From Candidatus Aphodoplasma sp. (GTDB lineage Bacteria > Bacillota > Clostridia > UBA1381 > UMGS1253): DNA of 64,000 bases. Below the pieces are notes generated by a model that worked only from the letters and a program-made list of their open reading frames with translations, searched no databases and was not told where the DNA came from. The translations under genes and the position numbers were made by a program. Positions 9,522-18,022 of the stretch are shown here, in pieces. Where the stretch lies: NCBI GenBank assembly GCA_045541115.1, contig JAZQIM010000003.1:14663-78662 (forward strand). The letters are read 5' to 3'. How positions within the stretch are numbered: position 1 is the stretch's first letter; each line of letters begins with the position of its first letter.

Positions 9522-11384
9522 TTACTCAAAGAGAATAGTTGAAATGTTTGTGTCAACAACGCTTGGTGATCCGCTGCCTTTCCACATATAGAGGTCATGT
9601 GTGCTTGTTTCGTTGTTAATATTTTTGATGTATAATAAGCTTTTATCTCCTCTTAAATAGAAGGAAGCATATGCGCCGGCATCTATAATATTTGCTTTTG
9701 AGTTGCCTGTTGTAGAAACAACACAAAGATTTCCTGTATAAGTTTGTGTATCAATGTTGTTTACATAGACAACCTTCTTGCCGCTTGGTGAAAGCTTATA
9801 TCCTGATGTGAACACACCCTCGCCTAAAAGCTTTGTCTTGCCATTTGTATATGAATAGAGGTTTCCTGTGCCGGTAGAAAGATCAACATCTGTCATATAT
9901 ATAACAACTTTGCCATCTCTTGAAGCGGTAAAGTAGGTAACTCCTTCAGCAATTACTTTATCTTTGCCGCCACCGAAAAGTGTTTCTTTTCTTATATGAA
10001 GATTTCCTTTTGAAGTTGTCTGGTCAAAACCATCGATGTAGTAAATTGTTTTAAAATCGTTTGATGCAGCTGCATGTTGTGCTGTCATAAGTTCCTGTGC
10101 AATTTCAACGGCATCTTTGCCTTTTTTCTTAAGATACATATTTGGTGAGCCTGTAGGGGATGTTGAGTCTTCCGGAGTCTTTGCAAGAAGGAAGTTTTCA
10201 TTCTCAATATCAATAGTAAAGAAGCCCATCAAGTCATCCATTATAGGTTTTGACTTATTATTTGAATTAATGCTGAAATTAAAATTATTATTTTCGTCAG
10301 CTGTGATTAAACCGAGCTTATTTGAAAAACTTGATGCCATAATATAATCGCTTAAAATATTGTTTGATATAAGCTTAGGGGCTTTTGATGCTCTTGCTTT
10401 GTATAACTCAAATGTATAGTTTGTTTCGTTGAGGTTTTTTAGATAAAGAGCCTCGCCGTTATCTGATATTTTAACACCCATAACAACTTCGTCGTCAATT
10501 TTTAAAGGAGTTTTACCTATTTTAACAGTATAAAGCTCGCCTAATCTCGTTTCGGGGTTAACATTTTCGAAAAATGCTATTGCTTTACCATTTTCGCTTA
10601 CCATAGATGATTGGTAAAGTGATTGGTTTGCAATAAGCTGTGGCTCGATACCTTTTGTGTAATAATATAGTTTACATGTAAATGTGGAAACATCAAGGTC
10701 TGTTCCGTATACAACAGTCTTACCGTTTTCGGAGATAGAAAAGCCTTGAAGAACGTTGTCTGCAATGTGTATTTTATCCTTGCCGTTATAACTTACGTAA
10801 AGAGAACCTGAATATGTTGCGTAGTCATAATTTTCAAGGAAATATATAATTTTACCGTCTTTTGACTGAATTGTTGTCTGACTGTGTGAAGTAAAAGGAA
10901 CCGATGTATCTTGTGTTAAAGAATCAGAAACCATAACCGGATCGCCAAACACAGATTTTTGGTATATAGAAAAATCCTTAATGTATGAAATTGCGAAATT
11001 GGAACGGTCAACAGGTATGTCATATTTTGGAGCAAATATTCCTGTAAACGCTATCCAAAGAACGATAGCAATAATAATAAGCGCAATTAAACCGGAAAAT
11101 GAAACGAGCTTAACTTTTTTCTTGGTAACTTGCTCATTGTAATCGACGATTTTTTGTTCAACAACTTCGTTTTCGATAATCTCGTCAACAACCTCGCTAT
11201 CAGCAATTTCATTATCGGAAATTACATCTTCGACAGCCTCTTCTTCAACGATTTCACTTTCTTCGGCTACATCAACAATTTCGTTTTCTTCAAGTTCAAG
11301 AGCCTCATCGTTAAGGGGTGTACCGCAATTTTTGCACACAATATCTTCGGGTGCGTTTTCATAAGAACAATTTTTACAAATCAT
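9522..11384 (-). CDS. Zinc-ribbon / acidic linker / single-TM / beta-propeller-like membrane protein (function unknown)
   Basis: 620 aa. The N-terminus has CKNC-X10-CKNC. An E/V/I/D-rich linker and one TM helix (LIALIIIAIVLWIAFTGIF) follow. The ectodomain of about 480 aa has a motif recurring roughly every 44 aa ([ST]G.LY...G....I...V). An RBS precedes the ATG. Confidence 0.7.
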   Translation of the reverse strand: MICKNCSYENAPEDIVCKNCGTPLNDEALELEENEIVDVAEESEIVEEEAVEDVISDNEIADSEVVDEIIENEVVEQKIVDYNEQVTKKKVKLVSFSGLIALIIIAIVLWIAFTGIFAPKYDIPVDRSNFAISYIKDFSIYQKSVFGDPVMVSDSLTQDTSVPFTSHSQTTIQSKDGKIIYFLENYDYATYSGSLYVSYNGKDKIHIADNVLQGFSISENGKTVVYGTDLDVSTFTCKLYYYTKGIEPQLIANQSLYQSSMVSENGKAIAFFENVNPETRLGELYTVKIGKTPLKIDDEVVMGVKISDNGEALYLKNLNETNYTFELYKARASKAPKLISNNILSDYIMASSFSNKLGLITADENNNFNFSINSNNKSKPIMDDLMGFFTIDIENENFLLAKTPEDSTSPTGSPNMYLKKKGKDAVEIAQELMTAQHAAASNDFKTIYYIDGFDQTTSKGNLHIRKETLFGGGKDKVIAEGVTYFTASRDGKVVIYMTDVDLSTGTGNLYSYTNGKTKLLGEGVFTSGYKLSPSGKKVVYVNNIDTQTYTGNLCVVSTTGNSKANIIDAGAYASFYLRGDKSLLYIKNINNETSTHDLYMWKGSGSPSVVDTNISTILFE

Positions 11385-11607
11385 TTTCTACATCCTCTCA
11401 TTACGTAATAGAACAATATATAAAATTATATAAAATCACCTTTATTCTACACTAAAATTTTTTAAAGTGCAATATATAATATAAATTTAATTATAAATTT
11501 TTTATGAACTTGTATTAAATTTATTGATAATTTTTTAGCTTTGTATTGCAAATAAAATAAAAAAGATATATTATAAAACAAACGATAAAAGAGAGGAAAG
11601 GATACAG

Positions 11608-12195
11608 ATGAAAATATTAGCAGCTACAAACAACGCCGGCAAGGTAAAGGAAATACGCGCGATTTTGGGAGCACTGGGTCACGAAGTGTTAAGCTTAAAG
11701 GATATGGGAATAGAAATTGATGTAGAAGAAACAGGCACAACATTTGAAGAAAATGCATTTATAAAAGCCCGCGCAATCGCCGATATAACAGATTGTGCTG
11801 TTATTGCAGACGATTCAGGATTATGTGTCGATGCACTTGGCGGTGAGCCGGGAGTATACTCGGCAAGATATGCAGGCGAAGGTGCGAGCGATGAAGAGCT
11901 TGTAGCAAAGTTACTTATAAATATGAAGGATGTAAAAGAAGAAAACAGGGGGGCACATTTTGTAAGCGTCGTTGCGCTTGTTTTGCCTGACAAGAGAGAA
12001 TACAGCGCTATGGGTTGCGCTGATGGACGTATTACATTTGAACCATCAGGAAACGGCGGTTTTGGATATGACCCGGTTTTTTATTCTGATGAAATAAAAA
12101 AAACATATGCACAAATGAGTGCAGACGAAAAAAATAAAATCAGTCACAGATACAGAGCGCTTATAAAAATGAAGGAGATTATGGAAAACCTTTAA
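11608..12195 (+). CDS. rdgB: Non-canonical purine NTP pyrophosphatase (RdgB/HAM1 family)
   Basis: 195 aa with Ham1 motifs: ATNNAGKVKE, DDSGLCVDALGGEPGVYSARY, GFGYDPVF and SHR. The RBS is a good GGAAAGGA. Confidence 0.9.
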   Translation: MKILAATNNAGKVKEIRAILGALGHEVLSLKDMGIEIDVEETGTTFEENAFIKARAIADITDCAVIADDSGLCVDALGGEPGVYSARYAGEGASDEELVAKLLINMKDVKEENRGAHFVSVVALVLPDKREYSAMGCADGRITFEPSGNGGFGYDPVFYSDEIKKTYAQMSADEKNKISHRYRALIKMKEIMENL

Positions 12196-12300
12196 AACGA
12201 TAAATAAAACATATAAAACAAAAAAATAACATAGAATGGTAAAAACATGCTATATATTTATGTGCAGATTTTGTCAGAGTAACTTTGGAGGCGAGATTTA

Positions 12301-13425
12301 GTGAAAAAATATTTAGTTATTGCTTTTAGCATTCTTTTTTTATGCATCAATTTAATACAAATGCCACAAAAAACGATGGCTATATCGGCGCAAAGCTACT
12401 GTGTAATAGATAAGCTTACAGGCAGAATATTATATGAAAAATCCTCTGGATTAAAGCATGGAATGGCAAGTACAACAAAAATTATGACGGCGATTGTAGC
12501 ACTTGAAAATGCCGCGCCTGACAGCGTTGCTACGGTAAGCTATAACGCGTCGCGCACGGAAGGCTCGTCGCTTTATTTAAAACCAGGAGAGAAAATGAGT
12601 GTTATAGATCTTGTGTATGGGCTCATGCTTAATTCCGGAAACGATGCGGCAGTTGTTCTTGCAGAGCATATAGGGGGAAGTGTGGAAAATTTTGCATTGA
12701 TGATGAATGAGCTTGCACAAAAAATCGGCGCAAATTCGACACATTTTACAAATCCGAACGGTCTTTATGATGATATGCATTATACGACTGCATACGACCT
12801 TGCACTTATTACTCGATATGCATTAAATAACGAAATGTTTGGGCAAATTGTATCGACAAAAAAACATACGATCCAGACAATTGGAAATGAAAGAAAGATA
12901 TATCTTTCAAACCATAATAAACTTCTTAATACTCTCGATGGATGTGACGGAGTAAAAACGGGTTATACTAAAAAGACGGGCAGATGCCTTGTATCATCTG
13001 TATCTCGTAACGGTTGGCAGGCGATTTGTGTTACAATAAATGCTTCTGACGACTGGAATGACCATAAGACGCTTATAAACAGAGCGTTTTCGGAGTATAG
13101 CCCCAAAAAGATCATTTCAAAAGGCCAGTACATAAAAACGATAAGTGTGTTAGATGGCGTAAGTGACAGTGTTGGAGCGGTAGCAACGCAGGATATATTT
13201 GTGGCTGTGAAAGAAAATGAGGACATTGATTATGAAATAGTGTATAAATTGTGTGGCGAAATAAATGCACCGGTAGAAAATAATCAAAACATTGGATGCA
13301 TTGATGTTGTATATAACAACAAAATTTTTGCAAGCGTAAGTGTGGTTACCAACGACTCTGTTGAGATGACAAAAAAGGCAAATTATTTAGGAAAATTATT
13401 GCTTATTTTAAAAAGCTTTGTGTAG
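12301..13425 (+). CDS. D-alanyl-D-alanine carboxypeptidase (S11, PBP5/DacB-like)
   Basis: It has a signal peptide and the SxxK (ASTTK), SxN (NSGND) and KTG (VKTGYT) motifs, plus a PBP5-type C-terminal domain. The start is GTG, preceded by GGAGG. Confidence 0.88.
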   Translation: MKKYLVIAFSILFLCINLIQMPQKTMAISAQSYCVIDKLTGRILYEKSSGLKHGMASTTKIMTAIVALENAAPDSVATVSYNASRTEGSSLYLKPGEKMSVIDLVYGLMLNSGNDAAVVLAEHIGGSVENFALMMNELAQKIGANSTHFTNPNGLYDDMHYTTAYDLALITRYALNNEMFGQIVSTKKHTIQTIGNERKIYLSNHNKLLNTLDGCDGVKTGYTKKTGRCLVSSVSRNGWQAICVTINASDDWNDHKTLINRAFSEYSPKKIISKGQYIKTISVLDGVSDSVGAVATQDIFVAVKENEDIDYEIVYKLCGEINAPVENNQNIGCIDVVYNNKIFASVSVVTNDSVEMTKKANYLGKLLLILKSFV

Positions 13426-13652
13426 AAAATGTATAATTTTAGAAAATGTATTTTTTTAATATTATATAAAATATCCATAAGAATAATTTTATAATATGTT
13501 AAAATTGCACTATTTGCAAAACCAAAATTATGCAAAAGGGAGAATGTAAACATGACTGATGTTTTCGTCTTGACCAGAGCATTTTGCATAAAATATAATT
13601 AAATTAGACAAAGAAACTTGTCGAAAATTATTTTTTAAGGAGGCGTATACAA

Positions 13653-16600
13653 ATGAGAAAAATGAAAAGGAAAACTATGCAAGCGATAACACTTATACTC
13701 ACGCTTGCGATGACACTGAGTCTGTTTACAGGCGTTCCCACTATGGGCGAGGAGACAGATGGAACAATAACATTCACGGATGTTCTTACACGAAAAACAT
13801 TATTCGACGGTTCTGCTGCAATTGAAGCAGAAGATATAATTGTAAATCCGAATATGTTTGGTAGTGTAGAGATTGAATCTGCATCTGGTGGAAAAAGAGC
13901 AATAGTAAAAGCCAGCAATCTAACACAGCCGGCTGATGGCACATCTGCAGGACTAGGTTTTGAAGTTGTAGCTGATGCTGCAGCATCGTATTCAGTTTGG
14001 ATGCGCCATGTTAACCTTAATGGCGGCACCGACTCAGTATGGGTTTCGCTAAATGACAGCAAATATTCATACAAAACTATTAATGCAGGTTATTCAGCAG
14101 ATACGAATGATTATAAGTGGATGAATATTGGCACACTTACTGCTGAAGCAGTGGGAGATGTTCTTAAATTTCGCATAATATCTCGAGAGACATGTATATA
14201 TGATAAGTTTATAATTACTCGTCATCAAACATATGTACCTACAGGCATGGGTGATTTCCCTGTTCAACAATTTGCCGCGGTTCAAGGTTCTGTTATATTA
14301 GAAGCAGAAGATGTGATAGTTGACACAAACATGATTGGAACTGCAGAGGTAGCAAGTGCATCCGGAGGAAAGAGAGCAATAGTAAAAGCCTGCTATTCGA
14401 CAACTCCAGAAATTGCTAGAATGCCTGGATTAGGATTTGAAGTATTGACGGAGCAACCGGGAACATATTCCGTTTGGATGCGTCATATCAATACTGATGG
14501 CGGCACAGACTCAATGTGGCTTTCAGTAAACGGCAGTGCATATTCGTACAAAGGTATTGATGCAGGAGATTCTGTAGACACGCACGATTACAAATGGATG
14601 AATATTGCCAGCGTTACAGTAGCTAATGCGGGTGAAAAAGTTGCAATTCGTATAGTATCTCGTGAGAGATGTATATTTGATAAATTTATAATTACAAGAA
14701 ACGAAACATATGTACCTACAGGCATGGGCGAAGTTCCGCCTGAACAATATGAGAGCTTTGCTGCAACAAACGGTTCTGTTATGATTGAAGCTGAGGATGT
14801 GATAGTTAATTCAAGTTTGGTATCCGAAGTGGCAGCAGAGAGCGCATCGGGTGGTAAAAAAGTTAATGCTATAGCAATAAATATGACACAACCGGCAGAT
14901 CTTGCTCTTGCAGGACTTGGCTTTGAAGTAAGTGCGGACGAAATAGGCGAATACGCATTGTGGGCACGTGTAATAGTATTGAGCGGTGGCAGCGACTCTA
15001 TATGGGCGTCGTTAAACACAACATCGTATGTTAACAAGCTTCTCGGCAGCGATTATTCTGTCGATAATGATGACTACAAATGGGTAAAAATTGGTTCGGT
15101 TACAACGACAACGGCTAATGAAGATTTTCTTATTCGTCTTATCCCGAGAGAACTTGCGGTTTATGACAAATTTATTTTGACAACGAATGCGTTGTTTATT
15201 CCAACAGGAACAGGCTCTTTGCCGACAACATCAGCTGGCGAACCGGCAATACTACCTTCCGGGGTTTATCCATTGCCTTCTGTAACTCCGCCTGCGGAGC
15301 ATCCGAGAGTTATGTTCCGTGAATCAGACCTTGAAGTAATAAGAGATAACATGGAAGCGGCAGAAATTGCTCCTGCGATTACAAAGTTTAACGAGTATGT
15401 TGCGCAGACATTTACGGGCATATTGCCGGCAGAATCATATGAAGGCAAAGGAAATTACAGTCAAGACGGTCTTGCAATTATTGAGGCAAAAGCATTTGAT
15501 TATGCTTTAAATGGTAATGAAACAAGTGGTCAAGCAGCAATTGATGCGATGTTTAACTATCTGGAAACATATGAATATCCACATGTTGCTGATAATTCGC
15601 GTCAAACTGGACATATGTTGTTTACAACTGCAGAGGTTTATGACTGGTGCTATCCTCTTATGACAGATGACGAGAGAGAAGAAATGGTTGTATTGGCTCA
15701 AACACACTCAATTACCATGGAGGTAGGCTTCCCGCCAGGTGCACAGTCAGCTTTTGACAGCCATGGTGGTGAAATGCAGTTCATGCGTGACTGGCTCGCA
15801 TTTGCCATTGCTACATATGACGAATATCCTGACATGTACAATTATGTAGGTGGAAGATTCTTTAGTGAATATGTAGAACCGAGAAATTACTGGTATGAAT
15901 CAGAAACTCATTCACAAGGTAATAGCTACGGTACGAGCAGCCGTCATGAACCTGAACTATGGGGTCAGTGGCTAATATACCGTATGTCAGGACAAACTCC
16001 GTATTCTGCTGATATGGGTCAGTTAAATTATGAGTGGATATACAAACGTCGTCCTGATGGACAGCTTCTGCGTGAAGGTGACGATTACAATGAAAATCTT
16101 AAATTAAAAAATACATACTGGTATACACTTGCAGGACCATTGTTCTATGCATCAAGCTTCTACGAAGACCCGATACTTAAAAAAGAGTTCTTCAGAGAAA
16201 GTGGATTTAATAACTTTGATAACTGGGCTTGGTCACGTACCCCGGTACAGTATATTGTGTTTAATGATCCTACAATAGGTACGGAAGATAAAGCGACTCT
16301 TCCTTTAACTAAATATTTCCCGGAACCGAGCGGCAGTATGGTTGCTCGTACAGGTTGGAATATGGGAATGAATTCGCCTGATGTTCTCGCGTATATGAAG
16401 ATAGGTGGCCATTATTCGTCAGACCACGCTCATCGTGACGCAGGTAATTTCCAGATTTACTATAAGGGAGCTCTTGCATCTGAATCCGGTTGGTATGAAT
16501 TATATAACACAGACCACGATGTAAACTATAACAAGACAGCTGCGGCACACAATACGTTCCTTATAGAAACAGAAGATAATCCTGATGGCGATCAAAGAAC

Positions 16601-17894
16601 ATATACATCTGCAATGATGACAGGAAACGATACGGCTGAAGTGCTCGCACAAGAGTTCGGTCCTGATATTCAATATCCGGAATATAGCTACATTTCGGGT
16701 GATATAGCAAACACATACAGCGATGATGTAAGTGAAGCGATTCGTTCAATGATATTTATGCCTCTTGAAGATGAAGATCATCCTGCTGCTTTTGTAGTAT
16801 TCGATAAGATTACGACTGATTCAGCGACTGCAACGAAAAAATTCTTGCTTCATATGCAGGAAGAGCCTACAATTTCAGGCAACGTATCTACAATTACAAG
16901 AGTTGAAGATGGATATAACGGCAAACTCGTGAATCAGACACTTCTTCCGGCTAATGCATCAATTACAAAGCTTGGTGGAGAGGATCAGAGATTCTGGTTT
17001 AAAGGTGAAAATCATTATATACTCCAGGAACTTAACGAAGATTTTGAATTTGGAGGCTATGAATTTGATACACCTATTGTAAATACGGCTTCTTCAATTG
17101 AAATGGGTTGGGGAAGAATAGAGATTACACCGACTGCATCAAATACAACAGATTATTTCCTTAACGTAATGTATGTAGGCGATGCTGATTCTACAGCACC
17201 GGTTGAGCAGGCAACACTTATTGAAACAGATAGTTTTGCCGGCGCAAAAATACTAAACAGAGTTGCGATGTTTAACAAGAATAAGGCACGCACTAATTCT
17301 ACAGTGACATTTACAGTACCCGGTAGCGAAACAGCTCTTAAAGTAAATGTTGCAGGTCTTGTTGCAGGCACATGGCAGATTAAGGTTGGCGACGAAATAA
17401 TAGGTACACAAATTGCATCGGCAGATGGCGGAATAATATATTTTACAGCCCCTGCTGGCAACTATGAGCTTACATACTTAAATGCTACGGCTGACAAGAC
17501 ATTTACAAACAGTGGTGCGCCTGAAGTTGAAGGTATTGACGTAATGTATAACAGTAACTATTTGTATACAGAGGTTAAGCCTACAATGATTGGCGGCGAG
17601 ATAATAGTTCCGTTAAATGAGCTTGCAGAAGCTATGGGTGCTACTGTTACTTGGAGTGAGGATTTGTCGACTGCAACAATAACTAATGGTGAAACAACAA
17701 TAGTAATTACAAAGGATAGTCTGACAGCCTATGTTGATGGTGTTGCGACAACGCTTCCCGCTGCTGCAACTATGGTGAGCGATAGCTTTGCTGTGCCGGC
17801 AGAGTTTGTGGCACAAACACTTGGTGCAACGGTAAGCTGGGATTCGTATGGTAAGCTATTAAAGATAACTTATACCGCTCCTGTTGCATCATAA
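13653..17894 (+). CDS. Secreted multidomain polysaccharide-lyase-like protein (3x CBM-like modules + heparinase II/III-type region + C-terminal copper-amine-oxidase-N-like stalk domain)
   Basis: 1413 aa with a strong AAGGAGG RBS and a signal peptide (MRKMKRKTMQAITLILTLAMTLSLFTG). Three modules of about 150 aa carry EAED...ASGGK...YKW...DKFIIT. The middle region has HPRVMFRESDL and DHAHRDAGNFQIYYKG, typical of heparinase II/III-like proteins. The C-terminus has VPLNELAEAMGATVTWSEDLSTATI and VPAEFVAQTLGATVSWD repeats. Confidence 0.7.
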   Translation: MRKMKRKTMQAITLILTLAMTLSLFTGVPTMGEETDGTITFTDVLTRKTLFDGSAAIEAEDIIVNPNMFGSVEIESASGGKRAIVKASNLTQPADGTSAGLGFEVVADAAASYSVWMRHVNLNGGTDSVWVSLNDSKYSYKTINAGYSADTNDYKWMNIGTLTAEAVGDVLKFRIISRETCIYDKFIITRHQTYVPTGMGDFPVQQFAAVQGSVILEAEDVIVDTNMIGTAEVASASGGKRAIVKACYSTTPEIARMPGLGFEVLTEQPGTYSVWMRHINTDGGTDSMWLSVNGSAYSYKGIDAGDSVDTHDYKWMNIASVTVANAGEKVAIRIVSRERCIFDKFIITRNETYVPTGMGEVPPEQYESFAATNGSVMIEAEDVIVNSSLVSEVAAESASGGKKVNAIAINMTQPADLALAGLGFEVSADEIGEYALWARVIVLSGGSDSIWASLNTTSYVNKLLGSDYSVDNDDYKWVKIGSVTTTTANEDFLIRLIPRELAVYDKFILTTNALFIPTGTGSLPTTSAGEPAILPSGVYPLPSVTPPAEHPRVMFRESDLEVIRDNMEAAEIAPAITKFNEYVAQTFTGILPAESYEGKGNYSQDGLAIIEAKAFDYALNGNETSGQAAIDAMFNYLETYEYPHVADNSRQTGHMLFTTAEVYDWCYPLMTDDEREEMVVLAQTHSITMEVGFPPGAQSAFDSHGGEMQFMRDWLAFAIATYDEYPDMYNYVGGRFFSEYVEPRNYWYESETHSQGNSYGTSSRHEPELWGQWLIYRMSGQTPYSADMGQLNYEWIYKRRPDGQLLREGDDYNENLKLKNTYWYTLAGPLFYASSFYEDPILKKEFFRESGFNNFDNWAWSRTPVQYIVFNDPTIGTEDKATLPLTKYFPEPSGSMVARTGWNMGMNSPDVLAYMKIGGHYSSDHAHRDAGNFQIYYKGALASESGWYELYNTDHDVNYNKTAAAHNTFLIETEDNPDGDQRTYTSAMMTGNDTAEVLAQEFGPDIQYPEYSYISGDIANTYSDDVSEAIRSMIFMPLEDEDHPAAFVVFDKITTDSATATKKFLLHMQEEPTISGNVSTITRVEDGYNGKLVNQTLLPANASITKLGGEDQRFWFKGENHYILQELNEDFEFGGYEFDTPIVNTASSIEMGWGRIEITPTASNTTDYFLNVMYVGDADSTAPVEQATLIETDSFAGAKILNRVAMFNKNKARTNSTVTFTVPGSETALKVNVAGLVAGTWQIKVGDEIIGTQIASADGGIIYFTAPAGNYELTYLNATADKTFTNSGAPEVEGIDVMYNSNYLYTEVKPTMIGGEIIVPLNELAEAMGATVTWSEDLSTATITNGETTIVITKDSLTAYVDGVATTLPAAATMVSDSFAVPAEFVAQTLGATVSWDSYGKLLKITYTAPVAS
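13809..15215 (+). repeat. Three tandem in-frame copies of a ~477-bp (159-codon period) module inside the lyase-like gene
   Basis: The copies lie at about 13809-14252, 14286-14732 and 14772-15215. An identical 18-mer, agagcaatagtaaaagcc, occurs at 13896-13913 and 14373-14390, exactly 477 nt apart. Copy 3 is more divergent. Confidence 0.85.
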
Positions 17895-17907
17895 AAACTA
17901 AATAAAA

Positions 17908-17944
17908 AAATCCGTCGGCGTCAAATTCGTCGGCGGATTTTTTC
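17908..17944 (+). terminator. Rho-independent terminator of the lyase-like gene
   Basis: aaatccgtcggcg and cgtcggcggattt form a 13-bp stem (two G-U pairs) with a 7-nt loop, followed by a T-run. Confidence 0.75.
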
Positions 17945-18022
17945 TATGAACAAATATAAAATTTTTAAAATAAATGCTTTTCATTATCGTACGTTTGTGC
18001 TATACTATTATGGGTGATTTTT

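Noticed and set aside
11140-11330. Short degenerate direct repeats in an apparently low-complexity stretch
   Set aside because: On the minus strand they encode the acidic E/V/I/D linker of the zinc-ribbon membrane protein. This is compositional repetition, not a CRISPR or a satellite.
11385-11607. 223-bp very AT-rich divergent intergenic region, checked for small RNAs, tRNAs or hidden ORFs
   Set aside because: It contains only tiny ORFs (a few codons) without an RBS and no stable stem-loops. The simplest reading is a pair of divergent promoters, for example TTGCAA-17-TATTAT ahead of rdgB.
13628-15037. Long minus-strand ORFs (148 aa at 13628-14074; 149 aa at 14588-15037) antisense to the lyase-like gene
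   Set aside because: They lie entirely within a well-supported plus-strand CDS and mirror its repeat units, which is why there are two similar ORFs. They have low-complexity S/A/T-rich translations and no RBS. They are typical shadow ORFs.
13809-15215. The triplicated 477-bp units considered as a CRISPR-like array or a diversity-generating retroelement target
   Set aside because: The units are about 477 bp with no unique spacers between them, they are in frame and they are protein-coding. No reverse transcriptase, template repeat or cas gene occurs anywhere in the window.
17978-18006. Possible uvrB promoter (TTTTCA-17-TATACT) with a LexA/Cheo-box-like element cgtacgtttgtgc in the spacer
   Set aside because: The box has a mismatch in each half relative to GAAC-N4-GTTC. 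The implied transcript start would leave almost no leader before the uvrB RBS. It is suggestive of SOS control but too weak to call without a LexA motif model or data.
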